Positions 8,864-18,071 of a stretch of 64,000 bases of DNA are shown one piece after another. The DNA is taken from assembly GCA_018672475.1 (NCBI GenBank), contig JABHFS010000109.1, forward strand, positions 3,713 to 67,712, read 5' to 3'. Both the position numbers and the translations under genes were made by a program. This DNA is from Gemmatimonadota bacterium. Its GTDB lineage: Bacteria; Latescibacterota; UBA2968; UBA8231. Each line of letters begins with the position of its first letter. Positions within the stretch are counted from its first letter, which is position 1. The notes below the pieces were generated by a model. That model saw only the letters and a list, made by a program, of their open reading frames with translations. It did no database searches and was not told the origin of the DNA.

Positions 8864-9951
8864 GGGGATTCGTCGCGATAGTTGCGACCACCGTAGGTTT
8901 GGCGGCATGGGGTTGTTTGCCTTTTGGCGGCGGTCGACCGCAAAGCGCGGAATTGACGGCGGCAGCTCGAGAACTGGTGCAGGTCGCCCAGGGCAGTGGT
9001 GCAACGATCGACTGGATCGGGTTGCGTGACGGTGGGGGCGACCGGAGCGAGGCCGTCAAGGTGCTAGATGATTATTTGGTGTCAGCGCTTTTACAAGCCG
9101 AAGTGGCGTTGGTTTTGGCGGACACGGTGGGTGGGAAGTGGTCAGATGGCGGCGTGCTCGACTTAAACCGGGGCGAGGGAGCGTTGGTTTTGGGCGGGCG
9201 TTTGCAGGGGGATGCCCCCTGGATGTACGTGCGGCTCTTCCTCGTTGAGAGAGACGGCGGCAAGCTCGTGGCGAAGCGAACGGTTCGGGTGCCCGAAAGC
9301 GAAGTTAACGACGAAGTGGCGCTGCGTGCGAAGGCCAACGGCGGTGCGGATGACACGATCCCGGTACAGGCTGACCTGCACTTGATCGTTAAGCGGGTAG
9401 AAGGCGGTGTCGACGAGATCGTTGAGCTGGCCGAGGGCGCGCAACTGCAACAAGGGGATCGATTGCAATTGCGCTATAAACTGCACAGGGACGTCGAGGT
9501 CTACGCTTTCCTCTATGATTCGGAAGGCACGCTCGAAGTGGTGGTCCCGGAGCAATTCGTCTATTCGGGGATCGAGCAATATGGGCCCAGCGAAAATGGC
9601 TGGATTACCCTACAGGAGAGCGACCGGGTCTACACACTTTATTTTCTCGCCGGGCCGCGCCTCTTGGAGGAAAATACCGGCGAGCTCTTTGAGCGACTCG
9701 GTGAACTGATTCAACAGCGCCAAGTCGATCGCTTCAATGGGTTGGAAAATATAGACCAAACGATCGTGGAATTTCTCCGGCGCTCCTACCAGGAGGACTC
9801 GGTCATCGCAGTGCAGAGGGGAAGCGAGGGGATCGCGGTGGGGCGGCCGGAGACGATCGTCTACGACGACGGTACTCGTCTGCCGAGTCAGGCGGAAATA
9901 CTCAAGGGCACGCCCGTGCTGGCGCGTGCCCTGAGTTTTTCGGTGCAATAA
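8860..9951 (+). CDS. Lipoprotein-like protein with a DUF4384-like C-terminal region
   Basis: Signal plus Cys: MRGFVAIVATTVGLAAWGC. GDRLQLRYKLHRDVEVYAFLYDSEGTLEVVVPE and RVYTLYFLAGP resemble the DUF4384 core (GD.i.i.v....gYlyvf..d..G....lfP). Confidence 0.65.
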   Translation: MRGFVAIVATTVGLAAWGCLPFGGGRPQSAELTAAARELVQVAQGSGATIDWIGLRDGGGDRSEAVKVLDDYLVSALLQAEVALVLADTVGGKWSDGGVLDLNRGEGALVLGGRLQGDAPWMYVRLFLVERDGGKLVAKRTVRVPESEVNDEVALRAKANGGADDTIPVQADLHLIVKRVEGGVDEIVELAEGAQLQQGDRLQLRYKLHRDVEVYAFLYDSEGTLEVVVPEQFVYSGIEQYGPSENGWITLQESDRVYTLYFLAGPRLLEENTGELFERLGELIQQRQVDRFNGLENIDQTIVEFLRRSYQEDSVIAVQRGSEGIAVGRPETIVYDDGTRLPSQAEILKGTPVLARALSFSVQ

Positions 9952-9958
9952 GCGTCTT

Positions 9959-11149
9959 TTAGAGGACCGCGGCGACCGACTCGCAGAAGTACTCGAGGTT
10001 GGTGCTGGTGAGCCCGGCAACGTTTATGCGGCCGCCGCCTACGATATAGATCGCGTATTTTTCCCGCAATGCCTCGACCTGCTCTGTGCCCAATCCCGAA
10101 AAAGAGAACATGCCGCGTTGTTGTTCGATAAAGGAGAAGTTGCGTTCGATGCCCTTGACTTTCAGCCCTCTGACCAATTCCACGCGCATGTCGTTGATGC
10201 GCTTGCGCATCTGGGCGACTTCGCCTTCCCACTGCGCGCTAAGTGCTTCATCGCCGAGTATTTCGCTGACGATCGCCGAGCCGTGGGCCGGGGGGTTTGA
10301 ATAGCTGGTGCGTACGGCGATCTTGAGGTGACTCATGGCCTTGGCCGCCGCGTCCCGGTCGGCGCCGACCAATGTCAGGGCGCCAACGCGTTCTTTGTAC
10401 AGCCCAAAATTCTTCGAGAATGAACTGGCGATCAGCAATTCGCAACCCGGTCGGCTGAGCGCTTCGAGGCCGACGGCGTCTTCGCGCAAGCCGTCGCCCA
10501 GGCCTTGGTAGGCGAAATCGACCAGGGGCAGCAGATTGCGTTCGGCGATGATATCGGCGATATGTCCCCAGCAGGCTGGGCTCGGGTCGGCGCCGGTCGG
10601 GTTGTGGCAGCAGCCGTGCAAAAGCACGATGTGCCCCTCGGGTATTTTGGTTAGTGCGGTAAGCAAGGCCGATTCGTTGAGTCCATTGGTCTCTGCGTCG
10701 AAATAGGGATAGGTCTCGACTTGCAGTCCGGCCGCTTGAAAGATCTTGGGGTGGTTGGCCCAGGTCGGTTCGCTGAGCCAAATCGGCCGGTCGCCATAGT
10801 GCCGGGCGAGGAAGTCGCCGGCGATGCGCAGGGCGCCGGTGCCCCCTGGGCTTTGCACGGTGACGGCGCGCTCGCAGGAGAGAATCTCATGCTCTGGTCC
10901 AAGTAATAGCTTGCGCACCGCGATCCCGTATTCGGGGCTACCTTCGATGGACAGGTAGCTCTTGCTCTTTTCATTGGCAAGGATGCGCTCTTCGGCGGTT
11001 TTTACTGAGTCGAGGATCGGCGTCTGGCCGCTGCTGTCCTGGTAGACGCCGACACCGAGGTTGATTTTGTCGGGGTTGCTATTGCTTTTAAAGGCCGCGC
11101 TGAGCCCCAGGATGGGGTCGGCCGGCGCCATTTCCAGCTGTTCGAACAT
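9959..11149 (-). CDS. aspC: Aspartate/aromatic amino-acid aminotransferase (AspC/TyrB class I)
   Basis: From the ATG at 11149, MFEQLEMAPADPILGL...KINLGVGVYQD...GCCHNPTG...SSFSKNFGLYKERVG...SNPPAHG...MFSFSGL is near-colinear with E. coli AspC. The 74-codon N-terminal extension in the track ORF is rejected. Confidence 0.9.
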   Translation of the reverse strand: MFEQLEMAPADPILGLSAAFKSNSNPDKINLGVGVYQDSSGQTPILDSVKTAEERILANEKSKSYLSIEGSPEYGIAVRKLLLGPEHEILSCERAVTVQSPGGTGALRIAGDFLARHYGDRPIWLSEPTWANHPKIFQAAGLQVETYPYFDAETNGLNESALLTALTKIPEGHIVLLHGCCHNPTGADPSPACWGHIADIIAERNLLPLVDFAYQGLGDGLREDAVGLEALSRPGCELLIASSFSKNFGLYKERVGALTLVGADRDAAAKAMSHLKIAVRTSYSNPPAHGSAIVSEILGDEALSAQWEGEVAQMRKRINDMRVELVRGLKVKGIERNFSFIEQQRGMFSFSGLGTEQVEALREKYAIYIVGGGRINVAGLTSTNLEYFCESVAAVL

Positions 11150-11367
11150 TATCGCCTTTCTGTGGGTGGACGGGCTGGCTGAGGGCATCCCCTCGCTCAT
11201 ACACGCATCGCTACGCGATACGCGCCCTTCGGGAGTTCGGAGCGCAGAAAGCGCTGCGGACTCCGTTGGTGTTGCGGTTGGCGCGATAAAAAATAAGGTA
11301 AAAAGGAGAAATTCGCTAAGATCTTGGACGACTACGAACCAAAGGACTGGTGGGATAGTTCGCTGGA

Positions 11368-11844
11368 TCAACGCCGTCTATAGGTGGTAAATACCAGGTC
11401 TGCTTCCGGTCGTTCCTCGACCACTTCCCATTCGCTTTTGTCCCAAGCCGGAAAATACGCGTCGCCCTCGACTTCGATCGGCAAATGCGTCAGGATCATC
11501 TCGTCGGTCAGTGGCAAGGCGAGATTGTAGATTTCCGCGCCGCCGAGGATAAAGAGTTTTTGCGCGTCGCGTTGTCTGGCGGTGGTGATAACCTGTTGTA
11601 GGTCTTGGCAAATGATCACCCCCTCGTCGGAGATGTAGGCGGGGTTGCGGCTGAGGATGAAGTTGAGGCGGCCGGGCAACGGGCGCACTTGGAAGGACTC
11701 GTAGGTTTTGCGGCCGGCGACGACCGGGTGCCCTTTGGTTGTGCGGCGAAAGTGTTTCATGTCGGCTGGATAGTGCCAGGGGATGCTATTGTCGCGGCCT
11801 ATGACCCTGTTCTTACTCAGGGCGGCGATAATGACGGTTTTCAA
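11368..11844 (-). CDS. folA: Dihydrofolate reductase
   Basis: KTVIIAALSKNRVIGRDNSIPWH..D.KHFRRTT.GHPVV.GRKTYES...LPGR.N.ILS...I.GGAEIY. The start is a TTG at 11844 overlapping the upstream TGA (TTGA). Confidence 0.9.
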   Translation of the reverse strand: MKTVIIAALSKNRVIGRDNSIPWHYPADMKHFRRTTKGHPVVAGRKTYESFQVRPLPGRLNFILSRNPAYISDEGVIICQDLQQVITTARQRDAQKLFILGGAEIYNLALPLTDEMILTHLPIEVEGDAYFPAWDKSEWEVVEERPEADLVFTTYRRR

Positions 11845-12587
11845 GCGTGCGGGTCTCCCGGGTGGAAAAAGGGGTGGATGAAGGGGTGGACGGAATCTTT
11901 TGCTTCGGAGACGGTGCCGGTAAAAATAACCTTGCCCTGGTCGAGCATGATCAGGCGGCCGTCGAGCCTTTCGATGCTGAGTAGTTCGTGCGTGACAATG
12001 ATAATCGTGGTGCCGAGCGCGCGGTTGATTGTCAGCAGCAGTTCGTCAATTTCGGCCGCAGTGACGGGGTCTAGGCCGGCGCCGGGCTCGTCGCAAAAGA
12101 GGATTTTGGGGTCCATGACCATCGCCCGGGACAAGGCGGCACGTTTGCGCATTCCACCCGAGAGTTCGTCGGGATAACGGTCGTAGGCGTGCTCGAGCCC
12201 GACTAGGGAGAGTCGGGTACGGACGATGTCGGCGATCAGATCGGGAGTGAGGTCGGTATGCATTTCGAGCGGTAGGGCGATATTCTGGCCGATGGTCAGC
12301 GAATTGAATAGGGCCCCGTATTGAAACATCACACCGAATTGTCTGGTGAGGGCGGTGCGCGTTTCTTCATCGAGATCGGTGGCGTCCTGGCCGAGTACCT
12401 CGATCCGCCCGGTGCGGGGTTGGACCAGACCGATAATGCTTTTCAGCAGGGTACTTTTTCCGCAGCCGCTGCCGCCTAGTACAATGGCGATTTCGCCCTT
12501 TGCCACTTGTACATCAATGCCATTTAGGACCGTGGTTTCGCCGTAGGCGACACTGAGTGCGCTGATGTCGATGGCCGGGTTTACCAT
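11841..12587 (-). CDS. ABC transporter ATP-binding protein, MlaF-like
   Basis: Walker A GGSGCGKST, signature LSGGMRKR, Walker B ILFCDEPGAGLD, H-loop VTHE. The ATG at 12587 overlaps the permease stop by 7 nt. Only the last 248 codons of the 616-aa track ORF are used. Confidence 0.9.
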   Translation of the reverse strand: MVNPAIDISALSVAYGETTVLNGIDVQVAKGEIAIVLGGSGCGKSTLLKSIIGLVQPRTGRIEVLGQDATDLDEETRTALTRQFGVMFQYGALFNSLTIGQNIALPLEMHTDLTPDLIADIVRTRLSLVGLEHAYDRYPDELSGGMRKRAALSRAMVMDPKILFCDEPGAGLDPVTAAEIDELLLTINRALGTTIIIVTHELLSIERLDGRLIMLDQGKVIFTGTVSEAKDSVHPFIHPFFHPGDPHA

Positions 12588-13678
12588 TTCAGATAGAAGA
12601 CCAGGCCCCAGAAGGCGTCGAGGATAATTATGCCGAAGAGGGAGGTTACGACCGATGAGGTCGTAGCCTGGCCGACGCCGGCCGCGCCACCACTGAAGTT
12701 GAGGCCGCGGTGTACGGCGATTATGGTGATGATCCAGGCGAAGGAAATACTTTTGACCAACCCGGTGAGTAGGTCTTTGAGGAAGAGCGCCGAAAAAACC
12801 TGGTTGAGGAAGGTCGTGACGGGTATGTCCATCGAGACGAGGCCGACCAAGGTGCCGCCAAGAATACCGAGTAGGTCGGCCATAATGGTTAAGAGCGGCA
12901 TGCACAGGAGCATCGCCCACATTTTGGGTACGGCGACAAAGCGCAGCGGATCGAGCCCCATGGTCTGTAGGGCATCTAATTCTTCGGTGAACTTCATCGT
13001 AGAAATCTCGGCGGCGATCGCCGATCCGGACCGCCCGGAGACCATTATCGCGGTCATTAGCGGGCCCAACTCGCGGGTTAGACCGATGCCGAGCAGGTCG
13101 GCGACGAATATGTCGGCCCCGAACTGGCGCAGTTGCGCGGCCGATTGCAGGGCCGAGACTGCACCGATGAGAAAGAGGATCAAACCGACGATCGGCAGGG
13201 CCTGGGCACCGATGGTGTGGGATTGTTCGATAAAACTGCCTTTGCGGATTCCGCCGCGCCGATAGAGGGACTGCACCGAGAAAACGGTCAAGTCCGCGGT
13301 CAGGTAGAGGAAGCCGGCGGTCTCTGCATAGGCGCGGTCGAGGCGGTCTCCGAGCTTTTCGAGTACGGTGGTCTTTGGAGGCGTTGGCGGGGTCGATGGC
13401 GACGGCGGAGTGACGAAGTCGAAAAAGGGCTGAAGGCGCTCGGGCAACCCGGTGAGGTCGAGGTCTTTGCCCAAGCTCCGGGCGATGGCGGGCAAGCCGC
13501 GCAGGAATACCACGCCGGAAGTATCGAGTTGGCTGATTTGGCTCAACTCGGCTCTCAGGGATGGGTGGGGATGGGCTGCGATGAGCGCGCGGATATCGGG
13601 GGGCAGGGCGCCAATGGTCTTTAAGGTTAGGGGACCGCTTAGCGAGATCCCGAGGTCGTCGCTTTGTGCTGCGGTCAT
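12581..13678 (-). CDS. MlaE-family ABC permease with an N-terminal STAS(MlaB-like) domain
   Basis: N-terminal ~110 aa: LSGPLTLKTIGALP...QLDTSGVVFLRGL (STAS-like). This is followed by MlaE-type TM helices, FIEQSHTIGAQALPIVGLI...TRELGPLMTAIMVSGRSGSAIAAEISTMKFTEELDAL. The ATG at 13678 overlaps the upstream stop (ATGA). Confidence 0.85.
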   Translation of the reverse strand: MTAAQSDDLGISLSGPLTLKTIGALPPDIRALIAAHPHPSLRAELSQISQLDTSGVVFLRGLPAIARSLGKDLDLTGLPERLQPFFDFVTPPSPSTPPTPPKTTVLEKLGDRLDRAYAETAGFLYLTADLTVFSVQSLYRRGGIRKGSFIEQSHTIGAQALPIVGLILFLIGAVSALQSAAQLRQFGADIFVADLLGIGLTRELGPLMTAIMVSGRSGSAIAAEISTMKFTEELDALQTMGLDPLRFVAVPKMWAMLLCMPLLTIMADLLGILGGTLVGLVSMDIPVTTFLNQVFSALFLKDLLTGLVKSISFAWIITIIAVHRGLNFSGGAAGVGQATTSSVVTSLFGIIILDAFWGLVFYLKW

Positions 13679-15195
13679 AGCAGGTAGACAAAGCGCATGA
13701 GAACCTGTTGTCTGGCCTGCAAGCGCACGATCGGTTTTACGCGTTCGAAGTTGAGGACGATATCCATATTGACAAAGCGGCTGAGCAGCAGGCGCAAGCG
13801 GTTCTCGAAGGTGAACTCCCAAGCGCTCGTGGCCACCTCCGGGATCAGGATGTCGAATTCTGAGTCCAGGCTGAGGTAGCGCGAAAAATGCGCGTTGAGG
13901 ATCAACAGGGCTTCAACGCCGGTGGTCGAGGTGTCGAGCAATTTGCGGGCTACCGTGCGGTCGGTGTCGAGGGCAAAGGTCTCTGTTACATAGCTCTGTC
14001 GCGCCCCGATACCGACGCGCATGTCCAGGGTCAGCGGGAAGCTGCGGATAAGCTGCGAGTTGATGCCGATCCCTTGGCGGAGTTCGAGCGGGCTTAGGGC
14101 GGGCGACAGCGTGAACTCATTGAGCCCGGTCCGGGAGCTTGCGATATTGCCGAGGGCGTCGCGGATCAGCAGGGTCTGCGGCTGGTCGAAGCGGGCTTGG
14201 GTTGCGAATAGCTTGGTATTGATGACGCCGCGCAAATAGGGGCCGACGCGTTCGGAGAAGCGGTAAATATATGTGGCGCGGACCTCAAATTCATCGATGG
14301 ACTTGCGAAAGGCATCACCTTCTTCGCGCGTGAAGCCTTCTTCAAAGATCAGCCGTAGATTGGCGAAATGGGGGTCGGAGCTGTAGATGCTGCGACCAAA
14401 GATCTGGGTTGAAAGCGAGATGACCGAGAGGTCCTCGCCGGTCGTGTTTTGCGAAGTCGAAAGCTGGGTCGAACCGCTCAATTGCCAGTTGGTCTTCCAG
14501 TGGGAACCCATTGCTTGACCCAACAGACCTCGCAAGGTCGGGGGATAGAAGCCGATGAAAGTGTTGTCGCCGACGTTGGCTACTAGGTTGCGCTGGACCA
14601 GTTCACCTGGTTCGAGGCGGACGCTGAATTTGCGTCGGGTCGATATATTATCGCCGACGCGCACCACGGTATAGGTGCCCGGGGGCAAGAGCCAGGTCTT
14701 GACGGCCTCGCCGCGCTCTTCCTCGATACCGAAACCGATGCCGTAGTTTTCCTGCTGGTCCTCCCAGTAGAGTTCATACGACTCGTTGAGCGAGGTGCGG
14801 TTTTCGTCGATGACGTTGATGACGAGGCCAGCCCAGAAGGGCTTCAACAGGGTGGTCATGCCTTCTTCGATCGGTATCGTTCGGCTCATCATTTGCGCGT
14901 CGGTGCCGGTACCGACGAGTACTTCGTAGAAGCCCGGCGAGAGCAGTACGCCGGTGCCCGGCGAGGCTTCGGCGATGCGCTTGTTGCCCTGAAATACGCG
15001 GAAGCTGGGTTCGTTGAGGGCATTGGTCATCGCCGGGACGAAAAGAAAACCTTTGCCCTTGGGGATCATGGTTGGGTCGAGCTCTAACTGGCCACGAGTC
15101 GGCGGACTTAGCCACGTGTAGCTCTTGTCTTGTGCTGTCGCACCGCCGGCAAAGAGCAGGCCGGCGAGGGCGATATAGAACAGGCGCAATAACAT
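13675..15195 (-). CDS. Signal-peptide protein, candidate outer-membrane beta-barrel with an N-terminal beta-sandwich region
   Basis: MLLRLFYIALAGLLFAGGATAQ signal. Two similar segments (SPGFYEVLVG and PPGTYTVVRVG). The C-terminal half has alternating hydrophobic beta-strand patterning up to the end (RFVYLL). The family call is tentative. Confidence 0.65.
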   Translation of the reverse strand: MLLRLFYIALAGLLFAGGATAQDKSYTWLSPPTRGQLELDPTMIPKGKGFLFVPAMTNALNEPSFRVFQGNKRIAEASPGTGVLLSPGFYEVLVGTGTDAQMMSRTIPIEEGMTTLLKPFWAGLVINVIDENRTSLNESYELYWEDQQENYGIGFGIEEERGEAVKTWLLPPGTYTVVRVGDNISTRRKFSVRLEPGELVQRNLVANVGDNTFIGFYPPTLRGLLGQAMGSHWKTNWQLSGSTQLSTSQNTTGEDLSVISLSTQIFGRSIYSSDPHFANLRLIFEEGFTREEGDAFRKSIDEFEVRATYIYRFSERVGPYLRGVINTKLFATQARFDQPQTLLIRDALGNIASSRTGLNEFTLSPALSPLELRQGIGINSQLIRSFPLTLDMRVGIGARQSYVTETFALDTDRTVARKLLDTSTTGVEALLILNAHFSRYLSLDSEFDILIPEVATSAWEFTFENRLRLLLSRFVNMDIVLNFERVKPIVRLQARQQVLMRFVYLL

Positions 15196-15206
15196 GAGTG
15201 CGGGTC

Positions 15207-15992
15207 CTAGGGGCTGAGCTTGCCCGGTATAATTTCGTAGTCGTTGGAATCGGTGTCGATCAACAAGGTAGTATCGGGCTCGGATGTGGCGTTCAATCCA
15301 TTCGTGGACGAGGTCAATTCCCCTAAGGCCTCGTTCAGACTCGAGCGCTGTTGATTGAGGAAGACGAAGTCGATCGAGCGAATGGATTTTTTCATTTGCT
15401 CGCCGAGGAGCACGCTGAAGGCGGAGACGGTGTGCTTCATCTCTGGGAAGAAGACATTGCGTTCCTCGTCAAAGTCGGTCTGCCAGATAACGTGGCCGTC
15501 CTCTTGCCGTACTAGTTCCATGCTCATGGCCAGATGGGCCGCCCATACATCGCCGCTATCAAAGCGTTCGATGGCCTTGATCCTGCCGTTGAACACATAT
15601 TGCGGGCGTCGATCGTAGAAATCGCGATCCCCGCCGATATAGGTGAAAAGGTTGGCTTGACGCAGATATTGTTTGACGACGTCGGTGAGCAGGTCCGCGG
15701 GACGCTCGGTCCAATGATGGAAATTGTCGTGTTGAAGCTCGTATTGGTCGCGGCGGACGATGATCTCTTTGCGGTTGTAGGCTCTTGGAGCTTCGAAACC
15801 TTTGATCTGAATCTGGAAGGCATAGGGGCGTGTGGAATTTTCGATATCGTTGCGCATGGGCTCGACGTTGAGCATATAGAGGCGCCGCTGGGGTAGCTCG
15901 GCCTTGCCGCCGAGCAGGTGTGTGCACCCCGATAACAACGAGACCGACATGGTTATGAAGCCCCAAAAGAGCAGGTGTTTATTCGCTCGCAC
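15207..15992 (-). CDS. ABC-transport auxiliary lipoprotein (PqiC/YmbA, DUF330-like)
   Basis: A GTG at 15992 gives VRANKHLLFWGFITMSVSLLSGC, a plausible lipoprotein signal plus lipobox. The ATG at 15950 would leave only 8 residues before the Cys. The body (RRLYMLNVEP..., IIVRRDQYELQHDNFHHWTERPADLL) fits the auxiliary-component family. It overlaps the MCE gene by 14 nt. Confidence 0.7.
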   Translation of the reverse strand: MRANKHLLFWGFITMSVSLLSGCTHLLGGKAELPQRRLYMLNVEPMRNDIENSTRPYAFQIQIKGFEAPRAYNRKEIIVRRDQYELQHDNFHHWTERPADLLTDVVKQYLRQANLFTYIGGDRDFYDRRPQYVFNGRIKAIERFDSGDVWAAHLAMSMELVRQEDGHVIWQTDFDEERNVFFPEMKHTVSAFSVLLGEQMKKSIRSIDFVFLNQQRSSLNEALGELTSSTNGLNATSEPDTTLLIDTDSNDYEIIPGKLSP

Positions 15993-16962
15993 TGCTGCTG
16001 CTTCCCCGGATGAGTACGGACGGATTGTCGCGGATAAGTTCAGTGGTCTCGCGCACGTTTTGTAAGGTCTCCTCCAGATCCTGCATCGCACGCAGGAGGT
16101 TTTGCCGGCTGGCGCCGACCGTTTGGTCGATGCCGACGAAAGTCCGGTCGATATTGGTGACCATGGTGTCCATCCGAGCGATCAGTTGGGGAAAAGGTCC
16201 GTCCATTTGTTGGCGTAGTTGGTGCATTGTCACCTGTAGGTCGGCCACGGTTTGTTGCAGCTTGGCGCCGACGAGCAGGTTGTGCAGCGAGTCGGTGGTC
16301 ACCGCCAGAGTCGCGCTCGCCTGGGAGAGCGAACGGGTGGTCGCGGCGATATTATTTGCCGTCTCGTCTACGGCGAGTCGGTTGTCCTGGACCAAGGTGT
16401 TGGCGGTGGCCATCAAGTCACCGGTATTGCGCAGCAGATCGGTGAAGACGCGTTGGTTCTCGCCGCCGAGCAATTTATTGAGATTGTCGACGGACTGTTC
16501 GATTTTTATGCTGAGGACTTCGGCGCGTTCCTGTATGTTGCTGAAAAAAGTTTCGCTGGCGGTAATATTGGAGCCGGGGAGAAGCTCTTTGGCGCCATTG
16601 CTGCCGCCGAAGAGCTCGATATACTTCAGGCCCGTTATGCCCAATGAGGCCATGCGTGCTTCGGTGTCGGTGCGAATGGCATTTTCGGCTTTTTGGCTCT
16701 CGACCGAAATGGCGACAACGACCTTGGTCAGGTCTTCGGGGGAGATATAAATACCCTCGACCCGGCCGACATTGAACCCGAGATACTTGACCGAGGCTCC
16801 TTTGTTGAGACCGCTGACCGCTACGCCGGTGAATTCGATATTATAGGAATCGCGTTGGTGCAGGAGGTGGCTGCCGGCGACTACGATAAAAAAGAGCGCC
16901 AATACACTACTAGATATTATAAAGAATAGGGCGAGGCGTATTTTCTGAGCCCTGGTAGCCAT
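15979..16962 (-). CDS. MCE/MlaD-family protein
   Basis: N-terminal TM (IRLALFFIISSSVLALFFIVVAG), then the MCE domain YNIEFTGVAVSGLNKGASVKYLGFNVGRVEGIYISPED, and a long helical C-terminal region. Confidence 0.85.
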   Translation of the reverse strand: MATRAQKIRLALFFIISSSVLALFFIVVAGSHLLHQRDSYNIEFTGVAVSGLNKGASVKYLGFNVGRVEGIYISPEDLTKVVVAISVESQKAENAIRTDTEARMASLGITGLKYIELFGGSNGAKELLPGSNITASETFFSNIQERAEVLSIKIEQSVDNLNKLLGGENQRVFTDLLRNTGDLMATANTLVQDNRLAVDETANNIAATTRSLSQASATLAVTTDSLHNLLVGAKLQQTVADLQVTMHQLRQQMDGPFPQLIARMDTMVTNIDRTFVGIDQTVGASRQNLLRAMQDLEETLQNVRETTELIRDNPSVLIRGSSSSASE

Positions 16963-17077
16963 AAAAGAGTATTGGGAAAGAGATGAAATTAGAAAGAAAT
17001 GGGTAAATCGACCGAGTTTGGGAATATGGGCAATATGATAATCCGAGGCAAGGATAATTGCGATGTGAATAAGATGG

Positions 17078-17962
17078 TCAGACGGGCGGTAAGATGATGT
17101 TCAAAGCCTTGGGACAGATCTCGATGCTTAGCGGGCTTTCGCCGAGGTGTTCGCCGTCTGCGTGCACGACCCTTTTATGCTCGGTGTAGATCTCGATTTT
17201 GGCGGTTCTTTCGACGCGTACGGCGGGATGAGCGATATGTTGGCCGGTGAAAAGGCGAGGCAAAACGGATAGAATGGTCCATCGGGGGACATTGTCGATG
17301 ATCACGACCTCGAAGAGCCCGTCGGTGGGGTCGGCTCCAGGGGCGATTTGCAGGCCGCCGCCATAACTGCGGGTATTGGCGATGGATACTTGCAATACTT
17401 CTTGTTCTATCTCGCCGAAATCCCCGCGCAAGCGCACACGTGGCGCCTGATAGCGGGCGGTATGGCGCCATGTCTCTATAAGATAACCGGCTGTCCCAGA
17501 TAAGGGCACCTGGCCATTGGCCATTCGCTCGCTTATTTCGGCGTCGAAACCAAATGCGGCGACCGTGGCGAAGAAACGATTCCCGACCTGGCCTAGGTCG
17601 ATCGCTCGTGGTTGTCCTTTGAGCAGACAGTGCACGGCGGCGTCAATCTTGCGCGGCACAGCCAGTGCGCGGGCTAGGTCATTGGCCGTGCCAAAGGGCA
17701 GCAGGCCAAGCGCGGTTTGTGAACCGGCGAGCGCGGGTAAGACCTCACCGATCGTGCCATCGCCCCCGCAGACGATGAGTCTGTCGGCGTGCTCGCGGAC
17801 TGCTTGGCGGGCCAATTCCGTGCCGTGCCCCTTCTCGTGTGTATAGCGCAATTCGACCGCTTGGCCGGCGGCTTGCAGGGCCAGAGTGGCTTGCTCGGCG
17901 ACCGCGCGACCACGGCCGCCGCCAGCTACCGGATTGGCGATTAGGATCCAGCGTTGCGTCAT
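17078..17962 (-). CDS. Diacylglycerol-kinase-family lipid kinase (YegS/BmrU-like)
   Basis: ILIANPVAGGGRG, LIVCGGDGTIGEV and LGLLPFGTANDLARAL are the DAGK catalytic-domain motifs. Confidence 0.85.
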   Translation of the reverse strand: MTQRWILIANPVAGGGRGRAVAEQATLALQAAGQAVELRYTHEKGHGTELARQAVREHADRLIVCGGDGTIGEVLPALAGSQTALGLLPFGTANDLARALAVPRKIDAAVHCLLKGQPRAIDLGQVGNRFFATVAAFGFDAEISERMANGQVPLSGTAGYLIETWRHTARYQAPRVRLRGDFGEIEQEVLQVSIANTRSYGGGLQIAPGADPTDGLFEVVIIDNVPRWTILSVLPRLFTGQHIAHPAVRVERTAKIEIYTEHKRVVHADGEHLGESPLSIEICPKALNIILPPV

Positions 17963-18060
17963 TGGGGTTTGCTTGCTCTTTTGTCATTAACCTGCGAGGG
18001 GGCAAAATCGCCATAGCTTGGCTCGCCCCTTGCCCCTCGGCGCTTAGTCGCCGCATGCAG

Positions 18061-18071
18061 TATATTATAAC
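18061..18071. promoter_or_regulatory. Symmetric -10 core TATATTATAAC in the divergent lipid kinase / megasynthase intergenic region
   Basis: The plus strand reads TATATT (18061-18066). The minus strand reads TGTTATAAT (18072 down to 18064), an extended -10 facing the lipid kinase gene. The same 11-mer recurs at 18301-18311 and 43074-43084. Confidence 0.4.

Noticed and set aside
11150-11371. A 74-codon N-terminal extension of the aminotransferase ORF
   Set aside because: Homology to AspC starts exactly at MFEQLEM (11149). The extension has no counterpart in the family and would overlap the folA stop codon at 11368-11370.
12588-13691. The upstream 368 codons of the 616-aa track ORF 11841..13691 (-)
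   Set aside because: This part is extremely Arg/Pro-rich and overlaps the well-supported STAS-MlaE permease gene in another frame. ABC-ATPase homology begins only at the internal ATG (12587, MVNPAIDIS...), which overlaps the permease stop. It is a GC-rich shadow frame, not a fusion protein.
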